DNA from: Paecilomyces variotii
Lineage: Eukaryota
DNA length: 64,000 nucleotides
Assembly: GCA_004022145.1 (NCBI GenBank)
Contig: RCNU01000001.1
Strand: one strand, 5' to 3'
The notes below the pieces were generated by a model. It did not search any database and had not been told where the DNA came from. It saw nothing but the letters and a program-made list of their open reading frames with translations. Below, in pieces: positions 61,779 through 64,000 of this stretch (position 1 is its first letter; every line of letters begins with the position of its first letter). Made by a program: the position numbers and the translations under genes.

Positions 61779-62867
61779 ATGGTGAGTGCTCCAATGGTAT
61801 CCCAAATTCATTCAATTATATTCCAGTTGCCGATTGCACTTCAGCTTTGATTGCTTAGATTGAGAGGTTCCAAAAAAGAAAAAAAAAATTGGGCAATTGG
61901 TCTCGCCATTTGAAGCCTTTTAAAATCTGAGACCCAGGCTAGAAACTTTGCTAACAATGCAATGTCTTCCTAGGCAAGCGTAAAGCTTTTCCCTAGTCCT
62001 CTCCTTCTGCGGACGTTCTCGTATCAGCATTCGAGAACGTCACTGCATTCGTTTTCTCGCTTTCCCTCTGCGCCATTCTCGCGATGTTTCTCCAACACCT
62101 CACGACGGGCTGCAACGTCCATCCCTTCGGCCCCAAAGCCTGCCACACGCCCTAATATTGCAGCGTCTACAGAAGAAACTCTGAAATTTGCTGGAAGACG
62201 ACCGGCTGGGTTCGGAAAGCTGGAGAGAAAGGTCGCAAAAGAGGGTCAAGTTGTACTCTACAAGGCGCCGTCGCAACGGACATATATTCTGGGAGCGTAT
62301 GGAATGGCGGCTTTCTGCTTCGCTTATGCTGTGTATAACTCGAATATCACGTTTCGAGATCCCAAGGTTCCATTGCCCGTATGGCAGAAGTCGCTCTTTG
62401 GTGGTGTATGCATTATCATGAGCATCATGGGAACGGTCTTCCTTTTCAAGACGAACCGACTGGTCAAGACGATCACCGCCGTTAACTCAAACGGAAAGAC
62501 TATGGTTCGGTTTACCGTCCGCAACTTCATCCCTTTCCGGAAACCCGTCGAGTTCGACGCAGTGCCTCGCCAGATTGTGTTTTCACGTCGAGTGGTGGTC
62601 AGTCCTGAGTCCATTGGCCCCGATGCGGCGGACAGATCAGCACGGAATGAGGCTGTCTCGAAAGTGAGCTTCTTCAGAGCTCCATTCAAGAAGATCAGCT
62701 TCGTCCTCTGGAGGGCATTTTGCTCTGTACGACGGCTTTTCACGCAGGAGGGGTTCGTTCTTATTGAAGTAGAGGGCCGAAAAGGTGACTTGAGAATGGA
62801 TCTAGAGGGCTTTATCTCTAATGACCTGTTCCTGGTGGGAAATCCTGTCCATGTGAAGTTTTCATAA
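61779..62867 (+). CDS. Probable mitochondrial inner-membrane protein with two TM helices (TMEM223-like)
   Basis: ATG|GTGAGT intron 61782-61973 joins in frame to an Arg/Ser-rich presequence and the 62304 ORF; VLYKAPS motif then two TMs; alternative start at 61719. Confidence 0.7.
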
Positions 62868-63344
62868 TCTGGTTCGCTGGGCGTACCCCTCGGGGTTAAG
62901 CATCATGGCATTGAACAGTCTTGTTTGTTTACTCTTACTCCCGCTGTTTAAATACTATTCTTTCTTCTCTGGCTCTTGTTTTCCTTCTCTTCGTAATTGC
63001 CGTTGTAGATGCGCGCCCTTTTCCCCAGGACTTTCCGCTCTCTCCGCTAAGCAGGACTATTCGTTGTGAGGTCACCGGTGCTATCTGAGTTCTTGTCAGG
63101 TGGTTCTGCTCTCGTGATATGTTGTGATCTCTCATCATATGTTAACGGTTGATCTGCTTTTGTCGAATATATTTGACTGGATGGTGAAGTCTAAATACAA
63201 AGTTAGATCCTTCACGATTCGATATACTAGGACATGACCTGGCGGTATTAAATTGTTAACTGGTAGATGTAGTTGCTGCAGTCAAGATATTGAGATGACT
63301 CATCAGATCGCGGATCTGATTATCTAAGCTGGATCACGGCCGCA

Positions 63345-63464
63345 GCGCGTACTTTCTTTCGAGACGCGCGATCCCCTCCTCCACAGCACGTTCATCGGGT
63401 CGACTTTAAAGTCGGGTTGGGGTTTTCCGTTCAATCCGCCACAATCCAACGCGCTCGTCGCGAA
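63345..63464. promoter_or_regulatory. CGCG-core (MCB-like) cluster upstream of SMC1
   Basis: GCGCGT, ACGCGCG, ACGCG and TCGCGAA. Confidence 0.45.
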
Positions 63465-63525
63465 TACAAGATACTCATTTATTTATCTGGCCCGTTTCCC
63501 TCATCCCAGGAGGAAGTCGCGCAAC

Positions 63526-64000
63526 ATGGGGAAGCTCATCCGCTTAGAGCTCTATAGTACGATACGATGCTTATCCACGCCTAAGCTAAGATACAGTCGC
63601 TGACCGCGCGCAGATTTCAAGTCTTACAAGGGCCATCATACTCTTCTTTTCGGAGATGCTTACTTTACTTCCATCATCGGGCCTAATGGCTCTGGCAAAT
63701 CAAACTCGTATGTTTGGGCTGCACGTGGATTTTATCTAGTGATATGAGCTGACGTATCGCAGGATGGACGCGATCTCCTTTGTTTTAGGTATCAAGTCAT
63801 CCCATCTACGGTCGACAAATCTACGCGATCTCGTGTATCGTGGTCGTGTTCTGCGAACTTCCAAGATCAACGGCGATGGCTCAGCTACAGTAGACGGCGA
63901 GGAAAACCAAGCCCAGGGATCGGATGCTGAAGATGGAGATGGACAGGAAGCGGGAGATCGCAACGACCCCAAGACCGCATGGGTCATGGCAGTGTATGAA
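63526..64000 (+). CDS. SMC1: Cohesin subunit Smc1, 5' part (runs off the window)
   Basis: MGKLIRLELY|NFKSYKG..IIGPNGSGKSN|SMDAISFVLGIKSSHLRS. Confidence 0.95.

Noticed and set aside
1-64000. tRNA, rRNA, CRISPR arrays, intact transposons, Starship captain recombinase, PKS/NRPS
   Set aside because: None recognised by eye; a covariance-model scan could still find small RNAs

Overview
Gene-dense, intron-containing DNA from a filamentous ascomycete. Protein style and GT..CTRAC..YAG introns suggest Eurotiales, though the species cannot be determined from sequence alone. About 30 genes were reconstructed by hand. The backbone is housekeeping genes: PIC2/MIR1, VMA21, FUN30, DUS2, RFC2, SEC20, MRPL44, IPP1, DSC4, CLPP, PHO13, APE4, CDH1, PDX1 and the start of SMC1. 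Small accessory-looking patches lie between them. Two things stand out. (1) A complete TPP riboswitch aptamer lies inside a predicted 3'-UTR intron of an APC-family (Thi9/Uga4-like) permease; its P4-P5 strand is complementary to the 5' splice site, resembling the plant THIC layout. (2) A head-to-head pair joins an atypical HSPA12-like Hsp70 with a coiled-coil protein that has an AT-hook-like N-terminus and a GrpE-like C-terminus, a candidate dedicated chaperone/nucleotide-exchange module. Also seen: a PDH protein X without a lipoyl domain, a Par32/DUF3602-like gene and VMA21 missed by the ORF track, a 5-nt microexon, a 42-aa repeat peptide ORF, a decayed Ty3/Gypsy integrase relic, and three genes with possible dual (mitochondrial/cytosolic) starts. 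All family calls come from recognising motifs, not from database searches.
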